The notes beneath the pieces are model-generated. The model saw only the letters and a list, made by a program, of their open reading frames with translations. It was not told the DNA's origin and searched no databases. Both the position numbers and the translations under genes were made by a program. From Bacilli bacterium (GTDB taxonomy: Bacteria; Bacillota_I; Bacilli_A; RFN20; CAG-826), in the NCBI GenBank assembly GCA_024408655.1, contig JAKSUV010000003.1, forward strand, positions 74,674 through 138,673: 64,000 bases of DNA, in the 5' to 3' direction. Position 1 is the first letter of the stretch. Each line of letters opens with the position of its first letter. Shown piece after piece: positions 17,682-26,790 of the stretch.

Positions 17682-17731
17682 CAAAAATATTATAAACAAT
17701 TGATAAATATTTTGATAACATAAATAGCGTT

Positions 17732-18217
17732 ATGAAAAAGATTCTCGTGAGTGCGTGTCTTGTCGGTGATAAGGTCACTTATGATAAGCGTAGCCACTAT
17801 CATCCCCTAATAAAAGAACTCTTAAAATACTACGAACTCGTGCCTTTTTGTCCAGAAGTCGAAGGGGGTTTAAAAATCCCACGGAAGAAAAGCGAACGCC
17901 GACGGAACGAAGTCAAAAACGAAGTAGGTCTTGATGTCACTAAACAATTTAATCTTGGCGCTGAAAAAGCGTTAAATATTTGCCAATACCTTAATATTAA
18001 GATGGCTATCTTAAAAGAAGATTCGCCTTCTTGTGGTGTTCATAAGATTTATAATGGCTTATTCCAAGGTCGCAAGATTCCAGGCCAAGGTTGGACGACC
18101 GAACTATTAACGAAACACGGCATTAAAATCATTAGCGAAAACGAAATTGAAGATCTTCTCAAAATCAAAAAAGCGGAAGAAGACCGCAAGAATAAAAAAG
18201 AAAAGTCCGGCAAATAA
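17732..18217 (+). CDS. DUF523-family protein (TudS-like)
   Basis: ILVSACLVGDKVTYD ... FCPEVEGGL..PR ... SPSCG pattern; 161 aa. Confidence 0.6.
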   Translation: MKKILVSACLVGDKVTYDKRSHYHPLIKELLKYYELVPFCPEVEGGLKIPRKKSERRRNEVKNEVGLDVTKQFNLGAEKALNICQYLNIKMAILKEDSPSCGVHKIYNGLFQGRKIPGQGWTTELLTKHGIKIISENEIEDLLKIKKAEEDRKNKKEKSGK

Positions 18218-18242
18218 ACCGGACTTTTTCTTAATATAACTA

Positions 18243-19391
18243 CTATTTATTGTTTTTGTATAGTCTGAAAGTACATTCACCACTCACGTCACTAACCGTC
18301 AATGAATAATAAGTATTTGCTTCTAAAAGAACGACGGCTGGTTTAGTGGCTATCACTCCTTTTGCGCCATATAATTCGAAAGTTGGAGTACTAGGAGTAC
18401 TAGTAACTGTAAAATTATATTCCCTTGTTTCTTTAACTAGGAAAAAACGACTACCAGCATTAGTTAAGGTAAGACCGTTTATTGTGAATATGTCGTCACC
18501 CTTATCAACATTAGTCAATTTGATTGTTTTTGGTTCGCCCGTACCTTCAATTACAATATAGCGTGGTTCCCCGGCTTTAGGATTAAAATAAATTTTATTA
18601 TCCTTCTTATCATCCCCGATTAGTATCGCGTTTTCAATACTTACAATATCGTAAGGAGAAACACTATAGGCACCTTTTGCTACTTGTGGATAGACTACAC
18701 CGACTTTAGTCTCACCTTTTGGAACGGTAATTGTTTTGCCTGCCAAAATTTCGTCTATTTCAAACGTTTCACTATATATCGCTAAAGTAATATTATTTTT
18801 TTCAGCCAGTTTATAGTATTCACTATCAGGAATACTGGCGGTAATCCCAAGGCTTTCCACATCGTAGATACCATCAGAAAGAGTTGTAGGGACTTCCATT
18901 TCTATCTCTGGATTATCAAATTCTACGCCTTCGATAATGCCTTCTACCATCTCACTCTTAATATTTGGATCATCAATTTTATAATCGTCAGTGGAGGCTC
19001 CAAATGTAGCGGTTAAAACAACTGGAATCTTGCCAATTGTAAACGTAAATGCATGCGCTTCGTCTAACAAAACATCATATTTATCATTTTTATGAGAAAT
19101 AGAGACGGCCCATTCGCCGCCGTCATAGACTTCGTGCGCACCAGGTAAAAGAGGCTCAGCGCCCTCATACGATATGTCAACTTTGATTAAATCCTTTTCG
19201 CCTTTGATGTAGTCATCAGTATTCTCGGTAGTAATCTCTATGTCTTTGAATACACCGGTTTGGCTATAATCAGCAGCCAAATTATCAATGACTAATTCTT
19301 TAGCTTGATCACCGCCTCCACCGCCACCGCCACACGCAGTCAAAATTGATGTAGCCGCAAACGGAACGATTAATAGGTTAATCTTCTTCAT
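18243..19391 (-). CDS. putative surface lipoprotein, family not recognised
   Basis: MKKINLLIVPFAATSILTACGGGGGGG is a signal peptide, lipobox (LTA/C) and Gly linker. An AGGAG SD is present. Confidence 0.65.
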   Translation of the reverse strand: MKKINLLIVPFAATSILTACGGGGGGGDQAKELVIDNLAADYSQTGVFKDIEITTENTDDYIKGEKDLIKVDISYEGAEPLLPGAHEVYDGGEWAVSISHKNDKYDVLLDEAHAFTFTIGKIPVVLTATFGASTDDYKIDDPNIKSEMVEGIIEGVEFDNPEIEMEVPTTLSDGIYDVESLGITASIPDSEYYKLAEKNNITLAIYSETFEIDEILAGKTITVPKGETKVGVVYPQVAKGAYSVSPYDIVSIENAILIGDDKKDNKIYFNPKAGEPRYIVIEGTGEPKTIKLTNVDKGDDIFTINGLTLTNAGSRFFLVKETREYNFTVTSTPSTPTFELYGAKGVIATKPAVVLLEANTYYSLTVSDVSGECTFRLYKNNK

Positions 19392-19419
19392 AAAAATACT
19401 CCTAAATCAACGTTTTTTT

Positions 19420-19448
19420 AGTGTACTTGATAAGAAAAAAAAAGTCAA
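19420..19448 (-). promoter_or_regulatory. candidate promoter of the lipoprotein gene with a poly-T tract in the spacer
   Basis: The minus strand reads TTGACT - 17 nt (TTTTTTTTCTTATCAAG) - TACACT. The homopolymer is 9 nt (plus-strand A9 at 19435-19443). Confidence 0.5.
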
Positions 19449-19453
19449 TATGT

Positions 19454-19482
19454 AAAAAACGGCAACCAAGGTTGCCGTTTTT
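19454..19482 (-). terminator. intrinsic terminator after the BI-1-like gene
   Basis: AAAAAACGGCAACC-AA-GGTTGCCGTTTTT; symmetric A and T tracts could allow bidirectional action. Confidence 0.8.
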
Positions 19483-19499
19483 ATAATGCATTAATTCTG

Positions 19500-20216
19500 T
19501 TAACGGTTATCACTACTAAGAACTACAATGAGTCTTAAAATGTGAAGTAAGATAATAATGAAATCGAGATAGAGATTAAACGCTAAATAGATAGCAAGAT
19601 TACCTTCACCGGCAAAGCGAGCGCTAACGGCTTTAATTTGCCAAACATCGTAAGCGGTAATCAGCATAATCGCTACGACGATGATAATACTTGTCACAAT
19701 ATTTTGGATGGCCCAGACTTCTGGCATTAAGATGACAAAGATAACATTAAAGAGCGAAGCAAATAACACACTAATTAATAAGCCAAAACCAACAAGTCCC
19801 ATACCCGAAGCGTTCTTCGCAAACATACCAATTAAGCACATCGCACCAAAGGCTAATGCGGCAATCCCAAAGGCCGAGGCTAATGTCCACCAATTAAGGA
19901 CAAAGCCAAAGCTTGAAATTAAAACGCCCATACAAATTGAGTAAAGAATCATTGGAATAAGACTTGCTTTGCCCGCCCGGATTGAGGTAATTGCGATAAA
20001 GATAGTCAAGAAAAGCTGCGAAATGCTCGCCACGATTAACATGATCGTGTAAGCTCGCTCATCAATCCCCACCGTATTTAAGATAGCGGATAAGCCAAAG
20101 CTTACTGCCACTGTTACCATTAAGAAGGCAAACATGTATAAGAAAGTCTTAGAGAGAAGACTTCTTTGCCCTTCCTTAGTGTAAGGGGTACTACTATTAA
20201 AACTATAAGACGCCAT
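19500..20216 (-). CDS. Bax inhibitor-1/YccA-family membrane protein
   Basis: 238 aa, 7 TM segments, with the typical FLxKTFLYM start region and a C-terminal charged end. Confidence 0.75.
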   Translation of the reverse strand: MASYSFNSSTPYTKEGQRSLLSKTFLYMFAFLMVTVAVSFGLSAILNTVGIDERAYTIMLIVASISQLFLTIFIAITSIRAGKASLIPMILYSICMGVLISSFGFVLNWWTLASAFGIAALAFGAMCLIGMFAKNASGMGLVGFGLLISVLFASLFNVIFVILMPEVWAIQNIVTSIIIVVAIMLITAYDVWQIKAVSARFAGEGNLAIYLAFNLYLDFIIILLHILRLIVVLSSDNR

Positions 20217-20227
20217 AAACTCCTCCT

Positions 20228-20989
20228 TTACTGAATAATGTTCATGAGTAAATCGTGGAAACTATCCACCGCGAGTGAAGCACCACCAACAAGCGCGCCA
20301 TCAATATCGGGGGAAGTTAAATATTCTTTAATATTGTTAGGCTTTACTGATCCGCCATAAAGGATCCGGATATCATTCGCGGTGCCTTCGCCATAGAGTT
20401 CTTTAATTGTGGCGCGGATAAAAGCACAAATATCTTGCGCGATTTCTTTACTCGCGTTTTTGCCAGTACCAATACTCCAGATTGGCTCATAGGCAATCAC
20501 AACGTTCTTCGCTTTATCGCAAGGAATATCTTTAAAGCCCGCGACGATTTGGTCTTTAATAAAGTTCTTAGTTTCGCCCTTTTCATAGGTCTCTAAGGTT
20601 TCACCACAACAATATAACGGCACCATATTTTGGTTTAAGAGTTTAATCATCTTTTTATTGCAAACTTGGCTTGTTTCACCATTATAGGTCCGACGTTCGG
20701 AGTGACCAATAATCGCCCAAGTAACTTTAATCTCTTGAAGCATTTCGGGTGAAACTTCGCCCGTAAATGCGCCACTAGTTTGATCGTTAACGTTTTGGGC
20801 GCTAATGATTAAACCTTTCGGAGCTTTCGCTTTTACATCCTTTAAAGATAAGAAAGTAGGCGCAACACCTAAATCAATATTGTTCTTTTCGGCGGTATCA
20901 ACAATGCTGTCACATTCTTCGACAAACTTAACCGCCTCGGCAATGGTCTTGTTCATTTTCCAGTTGCCCATTAATAATTTTTTTCTCAT
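20228..20989 (-). CDS. tpiA: triosephosphate isomerase
   Basis: NWKMN, IGHSERR and AYEPIWSIGTG. Confidence 0.97.
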   Translation of the reverse strand: MRKKLLMGNWKMNKTIAEAVKFVEECDSIVDTAEKNNIDLGVAPTFLSLKDVKAKAPKGLIISAQNVNDQTSGAFTGEVSPEMLQEIKVTWAIIGHSERRTYNGETSQVCNKKMIKLLNQNMVPLYCCGETLETYEKGETKNFIKDQIVAGFKDIPCDKAKNVVIAYEPIWSIGTGKNASKEIAQDICAFIRATIKELYGEGTANDIRILYGGSVKPNNIKEYLTSPDIDGALVGGASLAVDSFHDLLMNIIQ

Positions 20990-21108
20990 GCTAAATAAAC
21001 TCCTTTTTTTAGTTTCACCTTATATTATAAACTATTGTTTATGTTCAACAATAGAAATCGATTTTGTGTTTGACTTCATGATATAATTTACTCAAGCGAG
21101 GACTTAAT

Positions 21109-22545
21109 ATGGGCAAAATAATCGAAGGCCACACTTTTGATGAATACCAAGATAAGTATGGTAAGAAGTTTGATAACGGAAAACTCCAATTCGTTAAGCT
21201 CGAAGATAACAACAAGTTAGATTCCAAAAAAACTTATTGGTTAATTAAAGATAAAAATCCTGGATATTACCAAGTAAGTAAACTTAAGTACATTATTCCA
21301 CTCATAGTCCTTAGTACTGCTGCAGTTGTAACGGCGATTGTTGTCCCGTGTACACTTTTACTAAGCGCCCAAGAGGTTAAAGTTAATGCGCCTTCATTTA
21401 AAGGATTAACATATAGTAACCAAAAGGCTTATGTTGGCAAAGATTTTGACACAAATATAACTGTTGACACAAGTAAGACTATTGGCGGAGCGGTTCTACA
21501 AGATAAACTCGAAAATGTTACTTCTGGTACTCGCACTATTTTACCAACTGAATATACTTATACACCGAGCGCTAACTATGAAAGTGCTTCATTACATATT
21601 CCTGGCAAATTAATTGAAGGTGATGTCACGATTGATTTTAAATTAGAGGCGCCTGTTTCCGCAACGAAATGGTATAGCTATAATGATTGGTATAATTATT
21701 GCTCTTGTGGCGTAGTCAATGTTGAGGCCGATGAAAATGACATTGGTTACGATAATCTTAAATTAAACGTAAACGGCCAAGATCATAAGATTCGTTTAAT
21801 TGGCTTAGATCACGATAATCTGGCAGATAAATCCGCTAAAAAAGTTCACACAACTTTCCAATTCGCCAATCTTTTGTGTGATGAAAATGGTTATTCTTTT
21901 GGCGTAGTTGAAGATTTTGACCAAGTTTATGAAGCATACAATGCTGATTATTTAAACTCGATATTGCGTAAAGATTTAACTGGCAATGGAGATGGTGAAA
22001 TTATGTGGTTTCAAAGAGGCGAAGTAAATAGATCAGACAAATATAAAGCCACGACAGTAATGGATATGCTCCCCAAAGAGCTAAAAAAAGTTTTAAAAGA
22101 AGTTAAGAAAGAAATTTATGTCGGCGATACTGAAGAATATGATGAATTTATAAAGACAGATTATTGTGATAAATTATTCGTTCCTACTTATCGAGAAATG
22201 TTTAAAGAAGGGAGCGAATACGACGGTGATTATTATAGCGATGAAGGCACAACATATGAATATTATCTTCTATATGATTCTACAAGAATATTCAACCAAA
22301 TTAGCACTGATATATTTGTAGATACTCCTACTATTTCGGATGTTTTTCATGATTATGGATCCGATGCACCAGACAATTGGGCTGGATATTGTAGCGGTGA
22401 CCCTGCTACCGATGCATGCGCTGTGTTCGCTTCTCCAGACTGTTCCCTCAGTTTTCAAAGCGTTTTATACATTTATTCTAGCACTATACTTCCTATGCCA
22501 ACTACTACCTATGCTCTTGGCATCACCCCTTGTTTCTGCATTTAA
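21109..22545 (+). CDS. membrane-anchored extracytoplasmic protein of unknown function
   Basis: 478 aa: an approximately 60-aa cytoplasmic N-terminus, one TM segment (IIPLIVLSTAAVVTAIVVPCTLLL), then a large Cys/Tyr/Asp-rich ectodomain. A GAGGA SD is present. Codon usage looks different from its glycolytic neighbours. Confidence 0.55.
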   Translation: MGKIIEGHTFDEYQDKYGKKFDNGKLQFVKLEDNNKLDSKKTYWLIKDKNPGYYQVSKLKYIIPLIVLSTAAVVTAIVVPCTLLLSAQEVKVNAPSFKGLTYSNQKAYVGKDFDTNITVDTSKTIGGAVLQDKLENVTSGTRTILPTEYTYTPSANYESASLHIPGKLIEGDVTIDFKLEAPVSATKWYSYNDWYNYCSCGVVNVEADENDIGYDNLKLNVNGQDHKIRLIGLDHDNLADKSAKKVHTTFQFANLLCDENGYSFGVVEDFDQVYEAYNADYLNSILRKDLTGNGDGEIMWFQRGEVNRSDKYKATTVMDMLPKELKKVLKEVKKEIYVGDTEEYDEFIKTDYCDKLFVPTYREMFKEGSEYDGDYYSDEGTTYEYYLLYDSTRIFNQISTDIFVDTPTISDVFHDYGSDAPDNWAGYCSGDPATDACAVFASPDCSLSFQSVLYIYSSTILPMPTTTYALGITPCFCI

Positions 22546-22568
22546 TTGTTTGTAATTTTAATAAAAAA

Positions 22569-22590
22569 TAAGCGCCAATTGGGCGCTTAT
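22569..22590. terminator. bidirectional intrinsic terminator between convergent genes
   Basis: AAAAAATAAGCGCC-AATTG-GGCGCTTATTT. Confidence 0.8.
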
Positions 22591-22611
22591 TTAATTGATA
22601 GATAGGAATTA

Positions 22612-23826
22612 TTATTTAATGATATCAACACCAGGGAGATGACCATCATTTTCAATCATCTCTAAGCTTGCACCACCGCCGGTAGAGACGTGGGCGAATT
22701 TATCTTTATAGCCAAATTCTTTCACCGCCGCCGCGCTATCACCACCACCGCAAACACTAAAGCAAGTGTTACCTAATTTCGCAATCGCTTCGCAAACAGC
22801 TTTCGTGCCCGCTTGGAAATCTTTTTGTTCAAAGACACCCATTGGACCATTCCAGAAAATCATCTTAGCTTTAGCAATTTCGCTTGCGAATAATTCTGCG
22901 GTCTTTGGACCAATATCCATCCCTTGATAACCCGCTGGTACTTCTAATTCAACAGTCTTTTTATCGGTCCAACCTTCAAAGGCGTTTGTGACGACCGCAT
23001 CAACTGGTAAAACAATCTTCCCGTTCGCGTTCTTTAAACAAGTCCGGGCGTATTCAAGTTGTTCATCCTCCACTGGTGAATTACCGGTTTGGTGACCTAA
23101 CGCTTTTTGGAAAGTAAACGCCATCGCACCGCCAATTAAAATCTTGTCGCACTTCTTTAGAAGTGATTCAATAACTTTAATCTTATCACTTACTTTTAAG
23201 CCACCTAAAATCGCAATATAGGGACGATCAGTTGGTTTTACTTCAACGCAGCGCATTAAGTTATCAACTTCTTTTTTTACTAAATAACCAATTGCGACTG
23301 GTTTATTTTCTTTCTTAAGTAACGCGGGAACGCCATAAGTTGAAGCGTGAGCCCGGTGAGCGCTACCGAAAGCGTCCATCACATAAGCGTCCGCTAGTTT
23401 CGCCCAATCCATAGCTAAGTCTTCTTTATTCTTTTCTTCACCAGGTTCATACCGGGTGTTTTGTAATAATAAAACTTCGCCATTATTTAAAGAACTAACA
23501 AGTTGATTTACTTCTTCGCCACGTGGAAGCGAAGCAAACTTTACGTTTTGCCCTAATAATTCACCTAAGCGTTTTGCGACGGGCGCTAAATCGTTCTTCT
23601 TTTTTTGTTCGGCCACCACTTCAGGTGCTTCTTTATGTTTCACTTTACCAAGGTGCGAACAAAGAATAACTTTGGCGCCTTGCTTAATTAAAGTTTTAAT
23701 CGTGGGTAAAGCTTGGACAATCCGATTATCATCACGGATCGCTCCGCCTTTAAGCGGGACATTAAAATCCACCCGCACTAACACCCGTTTACCGGCGATG
23801 TTATTTAATTGATCAACTGCTAGCAT
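22612..23826 (-). CDS. pgk: phosphoglycerate kinase
   Basis: RVDFNVP, the N-terminal pattern and GGGDSAAAV. Confidence 0.97.
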   Translation of the reverse strand: MLAVDQLNNIAGKRVLVRVDFNVPLKGGAIRDDNRIVQALPTIKTLIKQGAKVILCSHLGKVKHKEAPEVVAEQKKKNDLAPVAKRLGELLGQNVKFASLPRGEEVNQLVSSLNNGEVLLLQNTRYEPGEEKNKEDLAMDWAKLADAYVMDAFGSAHRAHASTYGVPALLKKENKPVAIGYLVKKEVDNLMRCVEVKPTDRPYIAILGGLKVSDKIKVIESLLKKCDKILIGGAMAFTFQKALGHQTGNSPVEDEQLEYARTCLKNANGKIVLPVDAVVTNAFEGWTDKKTVELEVPAGYQGMDIGPKTAELFASEIAKAKMIFWNGPMGVFEQKDFQAGTKAVCEAIAKLGNTCFSVCGGGDSAAAVKEFGYKDKFAHVSTGGGASLEMIENDGHLPGVDIIK

Positions 23827-23853
23827 ATTTATCTCCTTTATTTTTAATAAAAC

Positions 23854-23871
23854 GGCGCCCCGGAGGGCGCC
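23854..23871 (-). terminator. GC-rich hairpin between gap and pgk (partial terminator/processing site)
   Basis: The minus strand reads GGCGCCC-TCCG-GGGCGCC followed by GTTTTATT. Confidence 0.5.
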
Positions 23872-23891
23872 ATTAATTACTAGTAATTAAA

Positions 23892-24965
23892 TTAGCAATT
23901 TTCCGCAAAGTATTTAATGGTGCGGACCATTTGTGAAGTGTAAGAATTTTCGTTATCATACCAAGACACAACTTGGACTTGGTAGAGACTATTACTAATT
24001 GGTGTCACCATGGTTTGGGTGGCATCAAATAAGGAACCATATCTCATTCCGATAACATCGCTACTCACGATTGGCTCTTCCGAATAACCAAACGACTTAT
24101 TGCTCGCTCTTTCCATCGCGGCGTTAATAGTCGCTGGGGTAATTTCTTTCCGGCTTCTAACCACGGCTACTAAGATCGTGGTTGAACCAGTGCAAACAGG
24201 AACGCGTTGCGCGCTACCAATGAGTTTACCGTTTAAGGCAGGAATCACTAAACCAATGGCTTTCGCCGCACCTGTTGAGTTAGGAACGATGTTTTCCGCT
24301 GCGGCTCTTGCCCGGCGTAAATCACCTTTCCGGTGTGGACCATCAAGGACCATTTGATCACCCGTATAGGCGTGGACAGTTGTCATAATGCCGCTTTGGA
24401 TTTTCGCAAAACGGTTTAAGGCTGCCGCCATTGGGGCTAAGCAGTTAGTTGTGCAGCTAGCCGCACTAATCACTTGATCTTCTTTTGTTAAGGTCTTGTG
24501 GTTAACGTTAAAGACAATCGTCTTTAAATCTTTACCAGCTGGCGCCGAGATAACAACTTTTCTCGCTCCGGCTTTAACGTGCGCCATCGCTTTATCTTTT
24601 GAAGTATAGAAACCGGTGCACTCTAAGACAACATCAACACCAAGTTGACCCCAAGGAAGGAGTTCCGCTTTTGGTTGAGCGTAGATGGTAATTTCTTGAC
24701 CATCAACGGTAATGGAACCAGGTGTCACAACGGTCTTGCCATCTTCGGCAAAGACTGGTTCTTTAGAAGTGACGGTGTGTTTCTTCTCACCAATGTGCCC
24801 GCAATAGCCGCCTTGAGCGGTATCATATTTTAATAGATTCGCGAGCATTTTCGGACTAGTTAAATCGTTGATAGCAACGACTTCATAACCTTTCGCACCA
24901 AACATTTGGCGGAAGGCTAAACGACCAATTCGACCAAATCCATTAATTGCAACTTTAACTGACAT
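23892..24965 (-). CDS. gap: glyceraldehyde-3-phosphate dehydrogenase
   Basis: [18 protein letters not shown] and WYDNE. Confidence 0.97.
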   Translation of the reverse strand: MSVKVAINGFGRIGRLAFRQMFGAKGYEVVAINDLTSPKMLANLLKYDTAQGGYCGHIGEKKHTVTSKEPVFAEDGKTVVTPGSITVDGQEITIYAQPKAELLPWGQLGVDVVLECTGFYTSKDKAMAHVKAGARKVVISAPAGKDLKTIVFNVNHKTLTKEDQVISAASCTTNCLAPMAAALNRFAKIQSGIMTTVHAYTGDQMVLDGPHRKGDLRRARAAAENIVPNSTGAAKAIGLVIPALNGKLIGSAQRVPVCTGSTTILVAVVRSRKEITPATINAAMERASNKSFGYSEEPIVSSDVIGMRYGSLFDATQTMVTPISNSLYQVQVVSWYDNENSYTSQMVRTIKYFAENC

Positions 24966-25052
24966 GAATCATGTCCTCCATTTTTTTAGCGCGTTTATTA
25001 TATAATAAAGATTAGAAAAACGCTAGTGAAATATAATGCTTATTTTCTTACC

Positions 25053-26261
25053 CTAAATATAGCGTTTAAATTTACCTGATTTATCGTGTAAAAACACTTT
25101 AATATCATCACGCTTTTTCGAAAATTTAATGCCATATTTTAAAGCGTCGTTCTCGCGTGCAAAGGTCTTAATGGGTTTTACTTCATTCATCTTCTTTAAT
25201 TGCCAGCCCTCGGTTGGATGTGGCATTAAATGATAAACATCCCAAACCTTAATTTTTGCGGCACGTTTAGCGCGCGCTTTTAGTAAGCGTTGCCGTTCGG
25301 CTTCAATCCGCCGGAGTTCACTTGCGAGTTTCCGGTCCTCATCGAGTTTATCAATTTTAGCTTTCCGCACTTGAATCTTCTCTTCTTTTTCTTTCGCGAA
25401 TTTCTTCACTTGCGCCCGGTGCTTACTTTCTAGAAGCGCTTTATTCTTTTCTTTCTCTTGTTTAACAACGGCGGCCTTCCGTTGCGCTTCGGCTTTCTTT
25501 TCTAACGCTTTCTTTCGCGCGATCGCTAAGGCCTTCGCCTTTTGCTCCGCTACTTTTTCTTTTTCTTTTTGGGCGTTAATTTCTTGTTCAAGTTTCGCTT
25601 GCGCTTTCGCAATCATTGAACGCTCTTCAAGTTTGGCTAATTGCTTTTGTTTCTTGGCTTGTTTTTTATTAGCCTTTTTTAAGGCACGTTGATACCGCCA
25701 GTCAACGAGCGAACCACTATCAGCCGCCGCTTCTTTAATTAAGGCGTTATCACGGCTTTTGGCTTTTAATAATTTTGCTTTAGCTTTTAAGGCTTTTTTA
25801 TCAACGCCTTTTGTCGCGCGGTCATTATTAATGACAGCCCGAATCATAATTAATTCACTAATCGTCATGATGATTGAAACGACATAAGCTAGAATCGCAC
25901 TAGTCTTTTCTAAGGTAGTTGTGTTAGCAACTGGATTAACAAAATAACTATTAATCATTAATAAAATCACAACAAAGAGGAAATAAATAATTAATACCCA
26001 CCACTTGTGTTTCATTTGGTGATTTTTAATTACGAAGACTAATAAGAAGATAAAGGTGAGGAAGGTCGCAGTCGCTAAACCAAACACTGTGATTTGGGTA
26101 ATAAGGTCGCCATTAAAAACAATATACAAAAAGAGTGATAATAAATCGGTTTGGGTGGGTAAAACGTTTGTTAAACAAATCGCAAAAAGTGTCACGACTA
26201 CTAAAACTAGTAATGTCGTTACTAAGAAAAAGATTTGGCTAATTTTATTCAGCTTTCGCAT
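25053..26261 (-). CDS. membrane protein with K/A/E-rich coiled-coil region and DUF2188-like C-terminus
   Basis: Four N-terminal TM segments, about 200 aa of KAKAK/EKEK low complexity, and a C-terminal WDVYHLMPHPTEGWQLKK...VFLHDKSGKFKRY. Confidence 0.45.
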   Translation of the reverse strand: MRKLNKISQIFFLVTTLLVLVVVTLFAICLTNVLPTQTDLLSLFLYIVFNGDLITQITVFGLATATFLTFIFLLVFVIKNHQMKHKWWVLIIYFLFVVILLMINSYFVNPVANTTTLEKTSAILAYVVSIIMTISELIMIRAVINNDRATKGVDKKALKAKAKLLKAKSRDNALIKEAAADSGSLVDWRYQRALKKANKKQAKKQKQLAKLEERSMIAKAQAKLEQEINAQKEKEKVAEQKAKALAIARKKALEKKAEAQRKAAVVKQEKEKNKALLESKHRAQVKKFAKEKEEKIQVRKAKIDKLDEDRKLASELRRIEAERQRLLKARAKRAAKIKVWDVYHLMPHPTEGWQLKKMNEVKPIKTFARENDALKYGIKFSKKRDDIKVFLHDKSGKFKRYI

Positions 26262-26295
26262 ACAAAATAATTATAACAAATAAAACGGTGTTTTA

Positions 26296-26790
26296 TTAAT
26301 AGTGATTAATTTGGCGCGTGTAATTTACTTGGAGTTTACTTTGATAAGCATCAATCACTTGCTTCGGTGTTACTTTTAAATAACTAATTAAATCTAGATA
26401 GGCACCCATCGCTTTTTGGTATTGATTAAGCGAATAATGATCTTTAAGTTTAAGGGCTTCTTGATAAGCGGATAAAATCGCTAAGGTTAAATTACTTCCT
26501 TTCTTCGCTTTAATTTCGTACACCATTTTCTTAGGTTTTAAAATCACGCCAAGCGAAAGAATAAAATGAAGACCATCAACATATTCTTCAAGTACGACTT
26601 TAATAGGACTTGGCCCCTTTAGTGACCAATACTTAAAACAACGTGTTTCGTTAGCGAATTCACCAAGTTCCACGATTAACGCTAAAAGGCGTTGATAAAA
26701 AGTTTTTTGATAAGTAATGTGATGACGCTTTGCGATATCTTGATCTAACCCCGCTTGTAGGGGATAAAGTTTACTTAAATCAATGCGCAT
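26296..26790 (-). CDS. dimeric (all-alpha) dUTPase-like NTP pyrophosphohydrolase
   Basis: LALIVELGEFANETRCFKYWS ... LEEYVDGLHFILSLG resembles the dUTPase_2 family. It overlaps the glgP stop by 11 nt. Confidence 0.5.
   Translation of the reverse strand: MRIDLSKLYPLQAGLDQDIAKRHHITYQKTFYQRLLALIVELGEFANETRCFKYWSLKGPSPIKVVLEEYVDGLHFILSLGVILKPKKMVYEIKAKKGSNLTLAILSAYQEALKLKDHYSLNQYQKAMGAYLDLISYLKVTPKQVIDAYQSKLQVNYTRQINHY

Noticed and set aside
21033-21056. An 8-bp perfect hairpin, CTATTGTT-TATGTTC-AACAATAG, between tpiA and the inserted membrane-protein gene.
   Set aside because: It overlaps the best tpiA promoter (TTGTTG-16-TATAAT) and has no adjacent T-tract. I cannot distinguish an operator from coincidence, so it is noted only in the context of the neighbouring finding.
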